From Octopus sinensis (Eukaryota): a stretch of 64,000 nucleotides of DNA. The notes below the pieces were generated by a model. The model had not been told where the DNA came from and did no database searches. It saw only the letters and a list, made by a program, of their open reading frames with translations. The stretch covers positions 13,144,001 through 13,208,000 of the forward strand of contig NC_043004.1 of assembly GCF_006345805.1 (NCBI RefSeq), given 5' to 3'. How positions within the stretch are numbered: position 1 is the first letter of the stretch; each line of letters begins with the position of its first letter. Made by a program: the position numbers and the translations under genes. Shown piece by piece: positions 26,301 through 39,963 of the stretch.

Positions 26301-27017
26301 GACTTAAACATTCGCCACGAAAGTACTTAGGATGAAAGACTTCACCACGCGTTGAAGAAACGTATGAGACGCTGTTTATCGTATTTAAGAAAAGAAGGCA
26401 ATGCATCTATTCTACTAGGTGATGGTCGATGAAGGCCAATACCGGAATGGAGGTGGTAGAAAACCGATATGAAATGGTTTAAGAAAGAATGAACTAATGG
26501 TGATTAAACCATGGCGTTGAGAGATTTTGAGAAATTTAGTGTTGAGTTTTGATGTTGAACAAGGGTGAGAGAAAACGACACAGAGGTCCTTTTTATTTGG
26601 GGTTGAAAGAGAAATTCCTTTAATTTCAGCAAACTGTTCAAAGATTTATTCTGTTGATCAATATTGATTGCTCAAGTTAAAAGCAGCTAAAATAAATAAC
26701 AACTCTACTTTGCTGTTTTACTGGTTCCATGTGGTCATGCTGAAAGATTGATTTTTAACATCGACACTGGGTAATAAATTTAGAGGAAAACGCAGTCGGT
26801 TATATCGATCCACTGTATAACTGTTACTTATTTTAACCGCACTAGACCGATGTAAGGCAAACACAAATAGGCAGGATTTGAATTCAAACATTAGAGATTT
26901 GGATTATTGCTTTACACGTTCTGTCATACACTTAATTACATAAAAATAGCCTTAACGAAACAGCGAAGAATTTGTGTGGTCATTAACTTTGCTAGAAATA
27001 ACAGATATATAACTAAA

Positions 27018-27229
27018 GGCGGCGAGCTGGCAGAAACTTTAGCGCGTCGGGCGAAATGCTTAGCGTTATTTCGTCTGCCGCTACGTTCCGAGTTCAAATT
27101 CCGCCGAGGTCGACTTTGCCTTTCATCCTTTCGGGGTCGATAAATTAAGTACCAGTTACGCACTGGGGTCGATGTAATCGACTTAATCCGTTTGTCTGTC
27201 CTTGTTTGTCTCCTCTGTGTGTAGCCCCT
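27018..27229 (+). mobile_element. SINE family A, well-preserved monomer
   Basis: GGCGGCGAGCTGGCAGAA head, B box GAGTTCAAATTCC, full body. Confidence 0.9.
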
Positions 27230-27370
27230 CTCAATTGTCTCTGACGAAGTGCGTAGGCTCAAAACATCAAAGACTTTTCCATTCTTCTCAAGCGTTATAC
27301 TAATACACCTCTGCTTGTTGTTCCTTCACCTGTCTTCGTCTTTTTTCTTTTCTGTAAATTTGTACGATAT
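27230..27370 (+). mobile_element. P1 Penelope-like unit, 3' part, joined directly to the SINE
   Basis: CTGACGAAGTGCGTAGGCTCAAAACATCAAAGAC (27241-27274) plus downstream homology to 50051-50187. Confidence 0.7.
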
Positions 27371-28406
27371 ATATATCTTTAACACTAAAGAAGTGATATA
27401 AATGCAATTCGATATTTGTAAATATTTCTAGGAGAAATCAAGTTAACGAAAAATGTTTTCGAAATCCAGTGTCGGTACATGTACACAAAATCTAAAGCCA
27501 AAACAGAGTTTGTGAAACTGTTTTACATTCTGACCATCATAGTATTTATCAAATCATATATAGGAAGTTGTACAGGAAATATTATGATTCGTTACTATAG
27601 TGAGAGACCTACAATATATACGATTCTAAATGGTACGGCACACCTCTGGCGATAAAGGTATGGAAACTAGAATAGACACACAATAATGTAGTTATTGTAT
27701 AGCTTATTTTAACCAGTATTTATTGAACGAAGAATACACAATTCTTGGAGAAGAATGAAAGTATATTTAAAAAGACTTGACAGTAACTTTCACACTTCAA
27801 CCGAAGTTAGCTTTTCTAACTATGAAGCAGGAATCATTTTTATGTCAAGAGATATGAAATATAGTGAGTATCATAGAATGTAGAAAGAATAAATATGAAT
27901 GGTAAAGTAGGATAATATACAAACATGTATTAAAACAAACGGATGGAATCCAGGGCAGGCAGAAAGAAGAGAAAGATAGAGACAGACAGAAAGACAGAAA
28001 AAGAAATATGTGTGTTATATATTATATACAATGTTCTACTTTTCATTAAAGTTTGGTATACATTTCTTTAAGTATTTATATTTTTATTTCCCACCTAAGT
28101 AGATGAATACTACGCAATCATAACTTCTGCTATATAAATCCATTATTAATGCCGTATTTTTCTTATATTTTTTTATGTCTAAGTTGAATTTTTTTCCGAT
28201 ATCCGGTTTCTATTACCCCTCTTCTAATTCTTGATCTACTTTTTACCGTTTTGTACCCTTTAGCACCATTTAGGCTTCCATTCTATTTCCATTAACGGTT
28301 CTATCTCATCCTTACATTAACACACATTTACCTGCGTTCATTTGTATTTTTTACGTATCCAGGTATTTATATGCAAAATCTTTCTTCATATATATAGCTA
28401 TTACTG

Positions 28407-28790
<384 letters not shown>

Positions 28791-29211
28791 ATAGAGTGGT
28801 TCAGAAATTAATGAATCAACCATTATTTTAAAACTATATCTCACTTCACATTATACTTTATTATCGAAATAGAAATCATTACTTTTTACGTTACGCATTA
28901 TTCTTGCCAAGAAGATTCAAGTTTACTTTTCCCAGAACCATATAATTCTGAAGTTTTCAAAGCAGCTAATCCTTTGAAATCATTTTTGAGGTTGTTTAAT
29001 CGGTGAAAATCTTTTTCTTGCAAGATGTCGAAATGATTGAAAGTAGTAGTCGGCTGGCAAAGGGCCCAATGAATATAATCGATGAAGCATTTTCGTTGCC
29101 TAATTCCCCAAATTTTGCGACGTGTGGCAATAATATTGATGTATTAGATGATTGGGCATTCTCTGTTGACCTATGCTGGAAGTAAGCACTAAATATTTAT
29201 GCATTTCATAC

Positions 29212-29645
29212 GGTAACGTGCTGGCAGAATCGTTAGCATGCCGGGCGAAATTCTAAGTGGTATTTCGTCTGCCGCTACGTGCTGTGTCCAAATTCCGCCG
29301 AGGTCGACTTTGCCTTTCATCCTTTCGGGGTCGATTAAATATGTACCAATTAGGCACTGGGGTCGATATAATCGATTTAATCCGCTTGTCTGTCCTCATT
29401 TGTCCCCTCTGTGTCTAGCCCCTTGTGGACAGTAAATAAATAAAAATCGTTAGCACACCGGGAAATACGCTGAGCAGCATTTCGTCCGTCTTTACTGTAT
29501 GAACTAAAATTCTGCCGACGTCGACTTTGCCGTTCATCCCTCCGGCGTCAACAAAATTAGTACCGGCTGCGAAGTCGGGTCGATGAATTCGACGTTGCCA
29601 CTCCCCTTAAAGTGCTGGCCTTGTACCCAAATTTGAAACCAATAT
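29212..29645 (+). mobile_element. SINE family A dimer
   Basis: Monomer 29212-29440 followed by a more diverged 5'-truncated monomer. Confidence 0.85.
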
Positions 29646-29849
29646 TTATTTATTGCATAAAATTTGTGACATCACTTGTCACATTCAACAATTTCTCCTG
29701 GATTCAGAAAGCTATAATGGAGTAATGCGCCTGCAAATAACCAAACAATCGCTACAACTTCCTTTTAATGCAACTTCGGTTGTAGAAAAAATTTAGTATG
29801 TTTCGTCACTAAACTGAATGATATTGCTTGTAGCATAGGATGCTCTTTT

Positions 29850-30190
29850 TAGGGTACACCGATCGTCGATCGAAAATTTGGTCGTGCCATTTTTTTTTTA
29901 CGCATTAGGAGCATAAAAGAAACTTCGTAATAGGATGTTTTTGGTCTTCGTTAAATTCGTGTGGCTCCAATTTTCGAGTTTCTTCAATTTTCCAATTTGG
30001 TTTAAATGTTCAGACAATGTTCCAAAGCTTGCATTTATCTTTACTGCAAGCTCTCGACACAAGTACGAGGGTTTGCTTCCACCAAATCTTTTTCGCTATC
30101 ATTGGCAGAGAAATTTCTGAGGCGTTCCCTATCTTCTAGGATAGATTCAGCCGGACGGAATTTTTTTTGAACATAACATTGTGCATCTGA
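29850..30190 (-). mobile_element. Mariner transposase N-terminal (HTH) fragment
   Basis: DLVEANPRT/RELAVKINASFGTLSEHLNQIGKLKKLENW matches the mariner second HTH leading into the WVPHEL linker; frameshifted. Confidence 0.75.
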
Positions 30191-30554
30191 CAAGGTTTCT
30201 CATGCCCAACAATTGGTTGACTTTAAATTCATAGAAGTAAATGTAGCGAAGGTTTGAAATTTTACCTTCAAAGTTATGAATGAAGACCAAAAGGTACGAA
30301 TTATAATAAAGATAGATTATGCAGAAAGAAACATCATAAAATAAAGTCTAATTTTTACATCTCTTGCATGGTTTGCTATGAAAAATGGTTAAAACGATTA
30401 AAATGAAGTGACTTTCATTCATTTCTGCATAACCCAGCATACATACAAACATGCAATAAAACAGCATCTGTAGCTTGTAACAAAGCCTTATTTTATTTCC
30501 TACAAACATACACGTAGACATGCGTTAGTACGAAGTCATTAAGCAGTATTCTTT

Positions 30555-30770
30555 TTTTTATTCTTCTACTTCTTTCAGTCATCTGTCTGCGACCATGCTG
30601 GAGCTTCTTTACAGGGACATAAACACACCTATATCGGTTGTCAAGCGATGGTGGGGGGACAAACACAGACACACAAACACATACGTACTCACATACGTAC
30701 ACCACACACACACACACATACATGTATATATATAATAATATATATGTATATATATCTATATATCTATATA

Positions 30771-30814
<44 letters not shown>

Positions 30815-31158
30815 ATCCACAAACATGAACAAAGAGGAAACACAACAACGCTAGGACGTGGAACAAGTATAGTGTTATTGGACGCTCAGGAGAGGAAAGA
30901 AAGAAGGAGATATTACGTTTCGGGGGGAGTTCTTCGCCAGGAACATAGAAAAAGGAAAGGTCCAAGGAAGGGGAGACGGAGAAAGAAAATCGCTAACGAT
31001 ACAGTCGCGGTCACATATTGAAAAAGAAAGTGAAAAAAATATATACGACGGGCTTCCTTCAGTTTCCGTCTACCAAATCTACTCACAAGACTTTGGTCGG
31101 CCGGAGGCTATAATAGAAGACACTTGCTCAAATTGTCACGCTTCTTACCACACAGCCT
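30555..31158 (-). mobile_element. SINE family B split by an insertion in its internal microsatellite
   Basis: 3' half 30555-30700 and 5' half 31041-31158 flank (TA)n plus a P1-related unit. Confidence 0.75.
30812..31020 (-). mobile_element. P1-related Penelope-like unit (divergent subfamily)
   Basis: Shares ACGCTCAGGA, TTACGTTTCG, TCTTCG.CAG and CTAACGAT with P1 copies; motif CTGGCGAA...GAAACGTA on the minus strand at 30911-30945. Confidence 0.6.
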
Positions 31159-31591
31159 ATCTATATTTTTCAATAATTTTTTATATTTATTATTTATCAA
31201 AATGACCCTTGCCTGTGTATCCTCCATTTCACAATAGTTTCTATAAATCTGTTCATATTTTGTGTGTCTGGGGAGAGTCATTTTCTTTTTGTGCCTTATT
31301 ATTTAACACAGCCACAGGTAAAAATTCCACTTATTTCTTATTTTTACTTTCTAAAATTTTCGTTGCGTGTTGCAACCTCTTTAATAGTTTTGACTCTGTC
31401 CGTTATTTACACTGCGTTCCCTTTTGTTTGTTTGTGCGCATGTATGTGGGTCAGTGTGTGTGTGTGTGCGCGCGCCTATACATGCATGCATGTACGTATG
31501 TATGTGTGTGTGTGTTTGCATGTGTATGTATATATGTGTGTGTATGCATATGTATATATGTATGTATATATGTGTGTGCACATGTATGTGT

Positions 31592-31807
31592 GGCCTCTAC
31601 AAACATCACTCCTTGATATTTGTCGGTTTTATACCACGTGTTCGCCCTGTTTGCTTTGTCACAAGTTCTTTGTATTCTATTCCATTCTTTGTTTCTATAT
31701 CTAGGGCAGGTACCACTGGTATCATTACGTATAATGTTATCTAATTTCTTTCTCGTCTCCCTGTATGCACGAACCCTATCTTTCTGATCAGAAAGATAGG
31801 GTTCGTG
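31592..31807 (-). mobile_element. Probable Penelope-like ORF fragment (RT-to-endonuclease linker)
   Basis: DNIIRNDTSGTCPRYRNKEWNR...KANRANTWYKTDKYQGVMFVEAT resembles the PLYR.K.W...WYK.G...V.FVP.TP linker recalled from invertebrate PLEs; not verified by search. Confidence 0.5.
31768..31807. repeat. Perfect 40-bp spacer-less palindrome
   Basis: CACGAACCCTATCTTTCTGA|TCAGAAAGATAGGGTTCGTG. Confidence 0.98.
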
Positions 31808-32787
31808 AGACACAACAGAATATGCTTCAACACACGAACTCATATAAAGAATCTTGCAAACAAATCCAAAAACGAAATATGTTCATATTTGTTGTTTGTT
31901 TAATCAAGTATCGTTAAATTGTATCATTCACTTTACCTTTAAAATTAGACCCGTACGTTAACATACAATTTCGTGTGAAGCGCAAGCATACGAGAGAATT
32001 GAACGAATCTGTTTAACCTTTAAACGAATCTATTTACCTATTTATTCATATAATACTTCACTTTTGTCTGTGCCAACCAAATATCCACCTTTATGTAACT
32101 TTTATTCATCTCTTCTTCTAATCATGATGAAAGACTACATTAACAATTTCAATATATTTCATTCAACAATTTTCCATATGTCTCGAACTATTTAAAATTC
32201 TCTCTTCTCCAAAATTCCAAATATCTACCGCCAGACATTACCTTCTATTTTCTTAATTATTTAATCGAATAAATATTTACATTTCCTGCCTCCTAGTTTG
32301 ATATGCTACGTTGTGTTATTTCTACTTCTCCAGAAATGTAATTCGATATATCTCTATATTTTGCACGTTTTTCTACAACCATTCTCCATTATCTGTCTTC
32401 TGTTCATTATTATAATATTTATCTAATTTAATGGTTTAAGTTATTTACTTAGTTAATGTAATTTTTTTCAATATTTCACAAAGTAACTTTTGACGTCAGG
32501 ATTTTTACACATTATATGAAATAAAATAAAATTAATTATTAATAGTTATATTAATTCTAACTCAAATTACCTGCTCTATAGATATTTTAACAACATTTAA
32601 TTTAGGCATAAATAATAAACAGCATTGCAAAGATTCTCAAAGTCTGTAAACTGGTCTACTTATTTACTTATTCTAAAATATTGTTCCTTGCATTATTACG
32701 CATTACTTTCACCCGGAATATTACGTAAAAGCATTGCAGCAATTAAAGTTTTAAATACTTATTTTCTCATATATTACATTACATCAG

Positions 32788-32910
32788 CAGGTGTGGGTGG
32801 CTGTGTCATAAGAAGCTTAATTTCCAAACACATGGTTCCGGGTTCAGTCCCCCACTGTGGCCGATTAGTGGTTGTTAGTGGATTTGGGAGACGGAAGCTG
32901 AAACAAGACC
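32788..32910 (+). mobile_element. SINE family B 5' head fragment
   Basis: GTGGCTGTGT...CACATGGTTCCGGGTTCAGTCCC...GACGGAAGCTGAAA. Confidence 0.7.
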
Positions 32911-33067
32911 GTCGTATATTTTATATATATATATATATATATAAAGCGTTAGATTCACTTCAAAATTTGAATTGTCAAAATATTTTCGTCGCTTCGCGGT
33001 TTCAAAGCGACGACGAAGCTGCAGTTATTATGTTTCAGCACACAATCTCAGATCAAGTACATCTCCG

Positions 33068-33112
<45 letters not shown>

Positions 33113-33209
33113 TTATATATATATATATATATTTCTTTCTTCCGGAGCGTTAAACTAATACACCAGCGTATTGTTCCTACAGCTGTCTTCGTCTCTTGTT
33201 TTATGCAAA

Positions 33210-34945
33210 GTTAAATTATATAAAGCTTTCTATAAATTCGCAAAGGAATCAACAACAGTACAATATAAAATAAGACCATTGTTTCAAGGGAAGGAATTAC
33301 TGACAGCGGACCCAGGAAGGAGAAGTGAGATACTCAGTGAACAATTTAAAAGTGTCTTCATTCCCCCCACCCCATTGGACACGTGCAGATACAACATCGA
33401 TTACATAAACATTGAAAAGACAGATGTAACAGCGGCCATAGATGAAATGAGCCCATGCCCCGCGGCTGGTCCGGATAGCTTCGCTGCTATTCTTCTGTAG
33501 TCATGAAAGAAGGCTTTAGCGAATCAACCTCAAATATTTTCCCAATGTTTCCTTGTAAGTGGTAAACTTCCTAAAAAGCTGAATGAAGGCAATATATGTC
33601 CTATCTACAAAGGGGTAAGTAGACAAAGGCCAAAAACTACAGGCTAATTACTCTGATTTCACATATCAGAAAAGTCATGGAACGAATCATCAGAATGACC
33701 TACTGAACAATACATTGCATGGCTTCCGCCCAGGAAGATACTACCACAAACAACACTATGACTGGGTTTTGAAACAGCTACTTAACCTTACAGATGTCAG
33801 CGTGATATACCTTGACTTTGCAAAGACTTTTGATGGCATGATATACATAAAGTTACGATACTTTGGCATTGCTGGTAAACTGAGAAGATGGCTGCATGAC
33901 TTCCTGAAAGACAGAAGTCAGGTAGTTGCAACCAACGATGCTCTTTCTGAGGAAACTAAAATCCTAAGTAGCGATCCCCAACGAAACATAAATGTTCGTA
34001 ATAGCTTTCTTAGAGATGCCCACACTCACTCGAACAGCCAATGTCACTAGCTATGCCGATGATAAAGAAATTATCACAGGCAATAAAAAGCTAAGATGAC
34101 GTCACAAGCTTACAGCTGGACCGGAATTCGATATAAAAGTGGATCGAAATAAACAATATGCAATTTAATGCTGGAAAATTTCAAACACTGCCCTGTGAAC
34201 TCATGAATGCACTACTAGACCAGAAAGTGCTACAACCCCAGAGTCCTAGGAAGTGAAAAATATGGGTATCAGTATGTGCAACGATGCATCATTTTATATG
34301 GTAGCAAAGTGCAGACAACTGGCAGGATTGATACTGACGCCCTTCAAGACAAGAGACCAGGAAACTCTGTTGACCCTGTGGAGAACCTTTGTTCTCAGCC
34401 TCCTGGACTACTGTTCTCAGTTATGGTCACCACATGGTGCCAAACTAACAGCGGAGTTTGAAGCAGTCTAACGCCACTACACAAAAATGATTTAAACAGT
34501 GCAGCGGATGAGCTACGGGGATAGGCTGAGAAAACCGTAACTTTACACCTTGAAGCGAAGGCAAGGGAGATATGCAATAATCAACAGTTGGAAAACTGGA
34601 GGATGGCTAGTACATAATTTCGGCATTGAGGTTTATACAAATGCCATAATTCTTCGGCTTTTTATTGTGCCAAAGGTACCATCCACTCCATCTAAATTGA
34701 GGACCAGTCCTGCAATAGCCTAGGTTTCAAAGGCCCACAGCTCTTTAATACCCTGCAACAAAAGACGAGAAATCTGCTTAAGGTATAAGTAGATGTCTAC
34801 AAAACGGATCTAGACTTCTTCCTCTCCACAATACCGTATGAACTAACATCCCGACATGAGGCGCAGACGAGGGCAGCGGAATCAAAGTCCCTTATACATC
34901 AAATGGGCCAACAGCTGGGACAAATGCGCATACAGGAGTTTTAAT
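33210..34945 (+). mobile_element. Degenerate CR1/jockey-group LINE ORF2 (reverse transcriptase)
   Basis: AAGPDSF, CPIYKG, NYRLITLISHI.KVMERII, HGFRPGR, VIYLDFAKTFD, WLHDFLKDRSQVV, YADD (34052-34063), LDYCSQLWSP, GPQLFN, RAAESKSL; many stops and frameshifts. Confidence 0.92.
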
Positions 34946-35038
34946 GAGAAACACCCTAGATTGAAGTAATCAGAATGCCCACGGTGGTGCTCCAGGATGA
35001 CTGCAGCCGCATTGCCGAAAAGAGTAAAAAAGTAAAAG

Positions 35039-35097
<59 letters not shown>

Positions 35098-35130
35098 CAC
35101 ACACACACTTACACACACATACACACACAT

Positions 35131-35315
35131 ATTCTTTTATTTGCTTCAGTCATTTGACTGCAGCAGTGCTGGAGTACGACTTTTAGTCGAACGAATCGAT
35201 TCTTTGTAAGCCTAGTACTTATTCTATAGGTTTCTTTCGCCGAACTGCTAAATTACGGCGATGCAAACACACCAACATCGGATGTCAAGCGGTAGAGGGG
35301 CGACAAACACACACC

Positions 35316-35387
<72 letters not shown>

Positions 35388-35551
35388 CGACGGGATTCTT
35401 TCAGTTTCCGTCTACCAAATTCACTCAGAAGGCTTTAGTCGGTCCGAGGCTAAAGTAGAAGAGACTTGCCGAAGGTGTCACGCAGTGGGACTGAACCCGG
35501 AATCATGCGGTTCGTAAGCAAGCTTCTCATTACAAAGATTCCCCTTGCGCC
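35131..35551 (-). mobile_element. SINE family B, full-length
   Basis: Colinear with 52842-53248; an oppositely oriented tail fragment lies at ~34975-35042. Confidence 0.85.
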
Positions 35552-35565
35552 ATATAATATATATA

Positions 35566-35619
<54 letters not shown>

Positions 35620-35953
35620 GTATGTATGTATGTACACAAACGGACAGACCAGTAATAATGAACTGCTAAAAGAAAGACTGATAGTAATTTGTGTAAGCTG
35701 GTGTCTGTGTAGGCTTTTTTGACTTCGATATAAGTGTATATTATTGAATGTAAAGAATAATTTTTTTTTACCTCAGGGTTGTTATTGTTTAACCTGAGTC
35801 AACCTTACTATCAAAATATTCCATCTACAAGCATCCTCTTTACTAACCAACGCTACATCGTCTAGTGCAACCTTCTGTTTTTATGACAGATCTAGCTGCT
35901 CCGTCCATTCGGAGTGGGCCTTTTGAGTTATGGCCTTCCCTCAGTAAAGGCGG

Positions 35954-36425
35954 GTGGATGTGGCTTAGTGGCTAGGGTGTTGGACTCATGATCATAAGAT
36001 AGTGGTTTCGATTCGTGGACTGGACGACTCAGCTGGCAAAAATGTGTAATCATGCGACGGACCGGTGCCCCGTCCTGTTAGGGAATATATATACATACGC
36101 CATGGAAACCGGCCCTTGTGAGTCGGTATGGCGCGAGAATGAAACTTTATTTTTTTTCTTATTGTAAGTAAATATGGTGGTATTGTGGAGGCGCGTGGCT
36201 TATTGGTTAGGGTGTCGGATGCATGATCGTAAGATTATGGTTTCGATTCCTGGACTGGGCAACGCGATGTGTTCTTGAGCAAAGTACTTCATTTCAGGTT
36301 GCTTCAGTCCACTCAGCTGGCAATTTCGAGTAACCCTGCGTCCTGTCTAGGTGGGGAATGTGTTCGCCATGGAAACCGAGAAATCGGCCCTTATGCCGGC
36401 ATGACTTGGGAACGAACTTTTTACT
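35954..36425 (+). mobile_element. Two tRNA-headed SINE copies (family E), 35954-36150 and 36187-36425
   Basis: A box TGGCTTAGTGG, B box GGTTTCGATTCC, CORE-like TTCTTGAGCAAAG, shared CGCCATGGAAACCG tail. Confidence 0.75.
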
Positions 36426-37084
36426 AGTGGTATTCAAAAATCTAATGGAAAATAAATAGGAATTAATAGATAATAACGATTTTAATTGAACAAGTGTTTT
36501 TTTTCTGGAAATGTGATCTTTTTCGCAATCTTGATGCTGTTAGTACAATACACGAATGACATAAATTGCCATAGATTAAAGATATCTAACATTTATGATC
36601 TGAGTAGGGTATCATGTAATATAGAATAAAAAAAGCAGTTCAAAAACGTAATGTTATCATTACAGTATAATAACACAAATACAATCGGAAAATACTGTTA
36701 AATCTTAAACTAGACTAACTGTAAAAAAAAAAAATAATAATAATAATAATGCTGTAAATACACTTAGCACTAAGTGTAATGCTGTTTACCCAATAAAGAG
36801 TACTTATTTGGTAAGAGTAAATATGCTTTCGTTTCTTCAGAACTAAAGGATAATAGGGAAAAACTAATGAAAACAAAATCTGAAAAAATAAAACAAATAT
36901 CCGAGTAATAAAAGTTGAAATAAAATTAGTGCGTAGGAAATTCGACTGAAGATAACATGTTATAAATTAGATAACATAATGTTTTTAGAGGATTTCAGAT
37001 TTTCTTCGAGAAATCCGATAATTCTAAGAAATTGAAGAAAAAGAAATATGTGTCGTTTATGCGATAGTTGTTCTGTTTTGTCGA

Positions 37085-37093
37085 TTATTATTA

Positions 37094-37184
<91 letters not shown>

Positions 37185-37397
37185 GGCAGCGAGCTGACAA
37201 AATCATTAGCACGCTGGACGAAATGCTTAAAGGTATTTCGCCTTTCGCTATGTTCTGAGTTCAAATTACACCGAGGTTGATTTTGCCTTTCATCCTTTCA
37301 GGGTCGATAGATTAAGTACCAGTGAAACACTGGGGTCGATGTAATCGACGTATCTGCTCCTTTAAAAAATGGCTGCCCTTGTTACAAAAGTTGAACC

Positions 37398-37457
<60 letters not shown>

Positions 37458-37485
37458 CATTATTATTATTATTATTATTATTATC
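37085..37485 (+). mobile_element. SINE family A (37183-37398) between two long (ATT)n tracts
   Basis: Head AAGGCAGCGAGCTGACA; near-perfect (ATT)n on both sides. Confidence 0.85.
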
Positions 37486-38439
37486 TGTGGGACCAGCTTG
37501 CCATCAAATTTCCTCCTTTCTTTCCTTTATTTGGGTCACCAGCAGAGCAGCTAAACCCACAAGCTGAATGCTACTACTGTCCCAGTTTGGGCAACACCTT
37601 TAAACCGAACCATTAATATCAATAACAAAAGCAGCAGCAACTACCCCAGCTGCCCCACGAAAGATATTTCAATTTCTATAACTGAACTACTGTACTCCTT
37701 CCGTGGGAAAAGACTCTATTACTTGATAGGGATACATTCGCGTAAAGTAATTTTCATCTTATCATTATGAAAAAAATCTGTTATTGATCTGTTAAACTAT
37801 TTTTTGACTAATCACAGAAGATACAGAAAGCCTCAAACTTTTTATCATTGTCAAAGACTCTATCACTTGATTTGAATACATTTTTCTGAACTAATATTTG
37901 ACACCATATACATACACACATATCGACACACACACGCATACATATATATATATGTGTGTATGTGTGTGTGCGCGCGCGTGTGGTAACATAGTACCTACAT
38001 GTTTAGACATTTATACATGTAAATATACGTACATATACACAGACATACATTCACACTCCTGCATATATACAGGTATAAACTTATCCGTATAAATGAAGGG
38101 AGCGTGTGCATGAAAGTCGCACATATGCACCGGACACAGTCTCATACTCATATACATACATACATACATACGCACATACACACGTACACACATATACATA
38201 TAATATATATATACATACATATACATGTACACACTGACGCAATTAAAAAAGAAAAAGGAAATATTGAAAAAAGTATATAAAAAATAAAAAATAAAAATTA
38301 AAACATTAATGGCAGTTAAAACTTATGGGAAACCTTGTGCAGGAGCATCGTAGAAATTTGGATACGAGCCGTGATCTCGGGGGGCCCAAAACTGTAACAG
38401 GTATTTTGTGACACATGGACATGATCCTAAACGTTCAGT

Positions 38440-38790
38440 TCTTGAATTTAAATTTGAAGAACTTTTCCAGATGAGCTACCTTTCCTTATTTCAAAGACCG
38501 CACTTCCCACTACCGTTGGTATTAGGTTTACACTTGGCTAGGGTCTTCCAGTAAATCCTGTAGTTGACATTTTGTTCTTTTAAGTACCATAAATAACTAT
38601 ACAATTGGGCAGTTCTTCGTTTATTCCAGTGCCTGAAGCTTGAGGTATGATTGTTGAATCTTTCTTTGATATCTCCTTCAGCGAGACCTACATATCTCTT
38701 GGATGAATCGGTACTATTAGTGTTCGTGGAATTTACGTGGCTTCATAAATAATGGACTCGGTCATACAAGCTCCTTTTAGTGGTAGACAT
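38440..38790 (-). mobile_element. Penelope-like element GIY-YIG endonuclease fragment
   Basis: CLPLKGACMTESIIYEAT...KRYVGLAEGDIKERFNNHTSSFR...LWYLKEQNVNYRIYWK.L...GKCGL; IIY/YVG motif pair with conserved R and H. Confidence 0.85.
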
Positions 38791-38844
38791 ACTAAGTATG
38801 TCCTTTGATTAATTTTAATCTTTCAGCTATGCATATAAATATAT

Positions 38845-39050
38845 TTATGTGATTCAGCCATTTGAGTGCGGCTATGCTGGAGCACCGCTTTTAATCGAGC
38901 AAATTGACTCCAGGACGTATTCTTTGTAAACCTAGTACCTATTCTATCGGTCGCCTATGCCGAACTGCTAGGTTATGGGGACGTAAAACGCACCAGCATC
39001 AGATGTCAAGTGATGTAGGGGGGACAACACAACACACACGAACATATACA
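38845..39050 (-). mobile_element. SINE family B 3' half
   Basis: Matches the family B tail. Confidence 0.8.
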
Positions 39051-39090
39051 CACATACATGAATATTATGTATATATATACTATATATCTA

Positions 39091-39159
<69 letters not shown>

Positions 39160-39320
39160 GATATGATATATATATATATGATATATATATAGTATATTAT
39201 ATATATAAATATTATATATGTATATAATATATATAGATATATGATATAGATATAGATAGATAATAGATAGATAGATAGATATTAGATAGATAGATGATAG
39301 ATAGATAGATAGATGTATAC

Positions 39321-39516
39321 TCGCCATGTAGATCGTTAGCCACTACACACATGTTTTTTTTTCATTGTTTCTCTCCTTGTTTCTTTCTGTGGAAGAGCGT
39401 AGACTTGAAACGTTAAAGAACTTTTAAATTCCCGAGCATTATAATAATACATCAGTTTGTTTTCTACACCACCTGTCCTCGTCTTTTGTTGTTGTTTTTT
39501 TTGTGTGAATCCCCCC
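39321..39516 (+). mobile_element. P1 Penelope-like unit
   Basis: Between (GATA)n and TATA; homologous to 49994-50187. Confidence 0.75.
39381..39420 (+). ncRNA. Hammerhead-like motif (atypical core)
   Basis: TTCTTT-CTGTGGA-A-GAGC-GTAG-ACTT-GAA-ACGT-T-AAAGAA: 6-bp helix I and palindromic helix III; A6 replaced by U. Confidence 0.4.
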
Positions 39517-39647
39517 TATATGTATACATACATAGATACAGAGGGGAGCGAGGCAGAAAGTTAAAAGAGATGCTTGATTCGGTGATTTGTATTATTTAAT
39601 GTAGAAATCATAAAAGCATTTATAGTCAGGGAAATGCTGAAATGTTT

Positions 39648-39963
39648 AAAGTGTGGTTTCCGCAAGAAGCATCGATACACTAAATTTGGAGACTGTTATT
39701 GTTTATTTCCCGAGAAAGTTAAAGAGAACACTAATCGGTAAAATAGAGTCGGGTACATTTGGATAGAGCTCCAGTGTAACATAGATCCCGAGCCATGGAC
39801 ATTCGAAAGTGTGGTTTCCGCAAGAAGCATCGATACACTAAATTTGGAGACTGTTATTGTTTATTTCCCGAGAAAGTTAAAGAGAACACTAATCGGTAAA
39901 ATAGAGTCGGGTACTTTTGGGTAGAGCCCCAGTGTAACAGAGATCCCGAGCCATGGACGTTCG
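39648..39963. repeat. 158-bp tandem duplication (2 copies, about 5 substitutions)
   Basis: 39648-39805 versus 39806-39963. Confidence 0.95.

Noticed and set aside
27018-27100. tRNA genes at SINE heads (also 14870-14936, 35954-36020, 36187-36255, 53170-53248)
   Set aside because: A/B boxes are present but no complete cloverleaf is evident, and each continues into a multi-copy SINE body.
32986-33013. 9-bp-stem hairpin TCGTCGCTT/AAGCGACGA
   Set aside because: Isolated, single copy, no context to assign a role.
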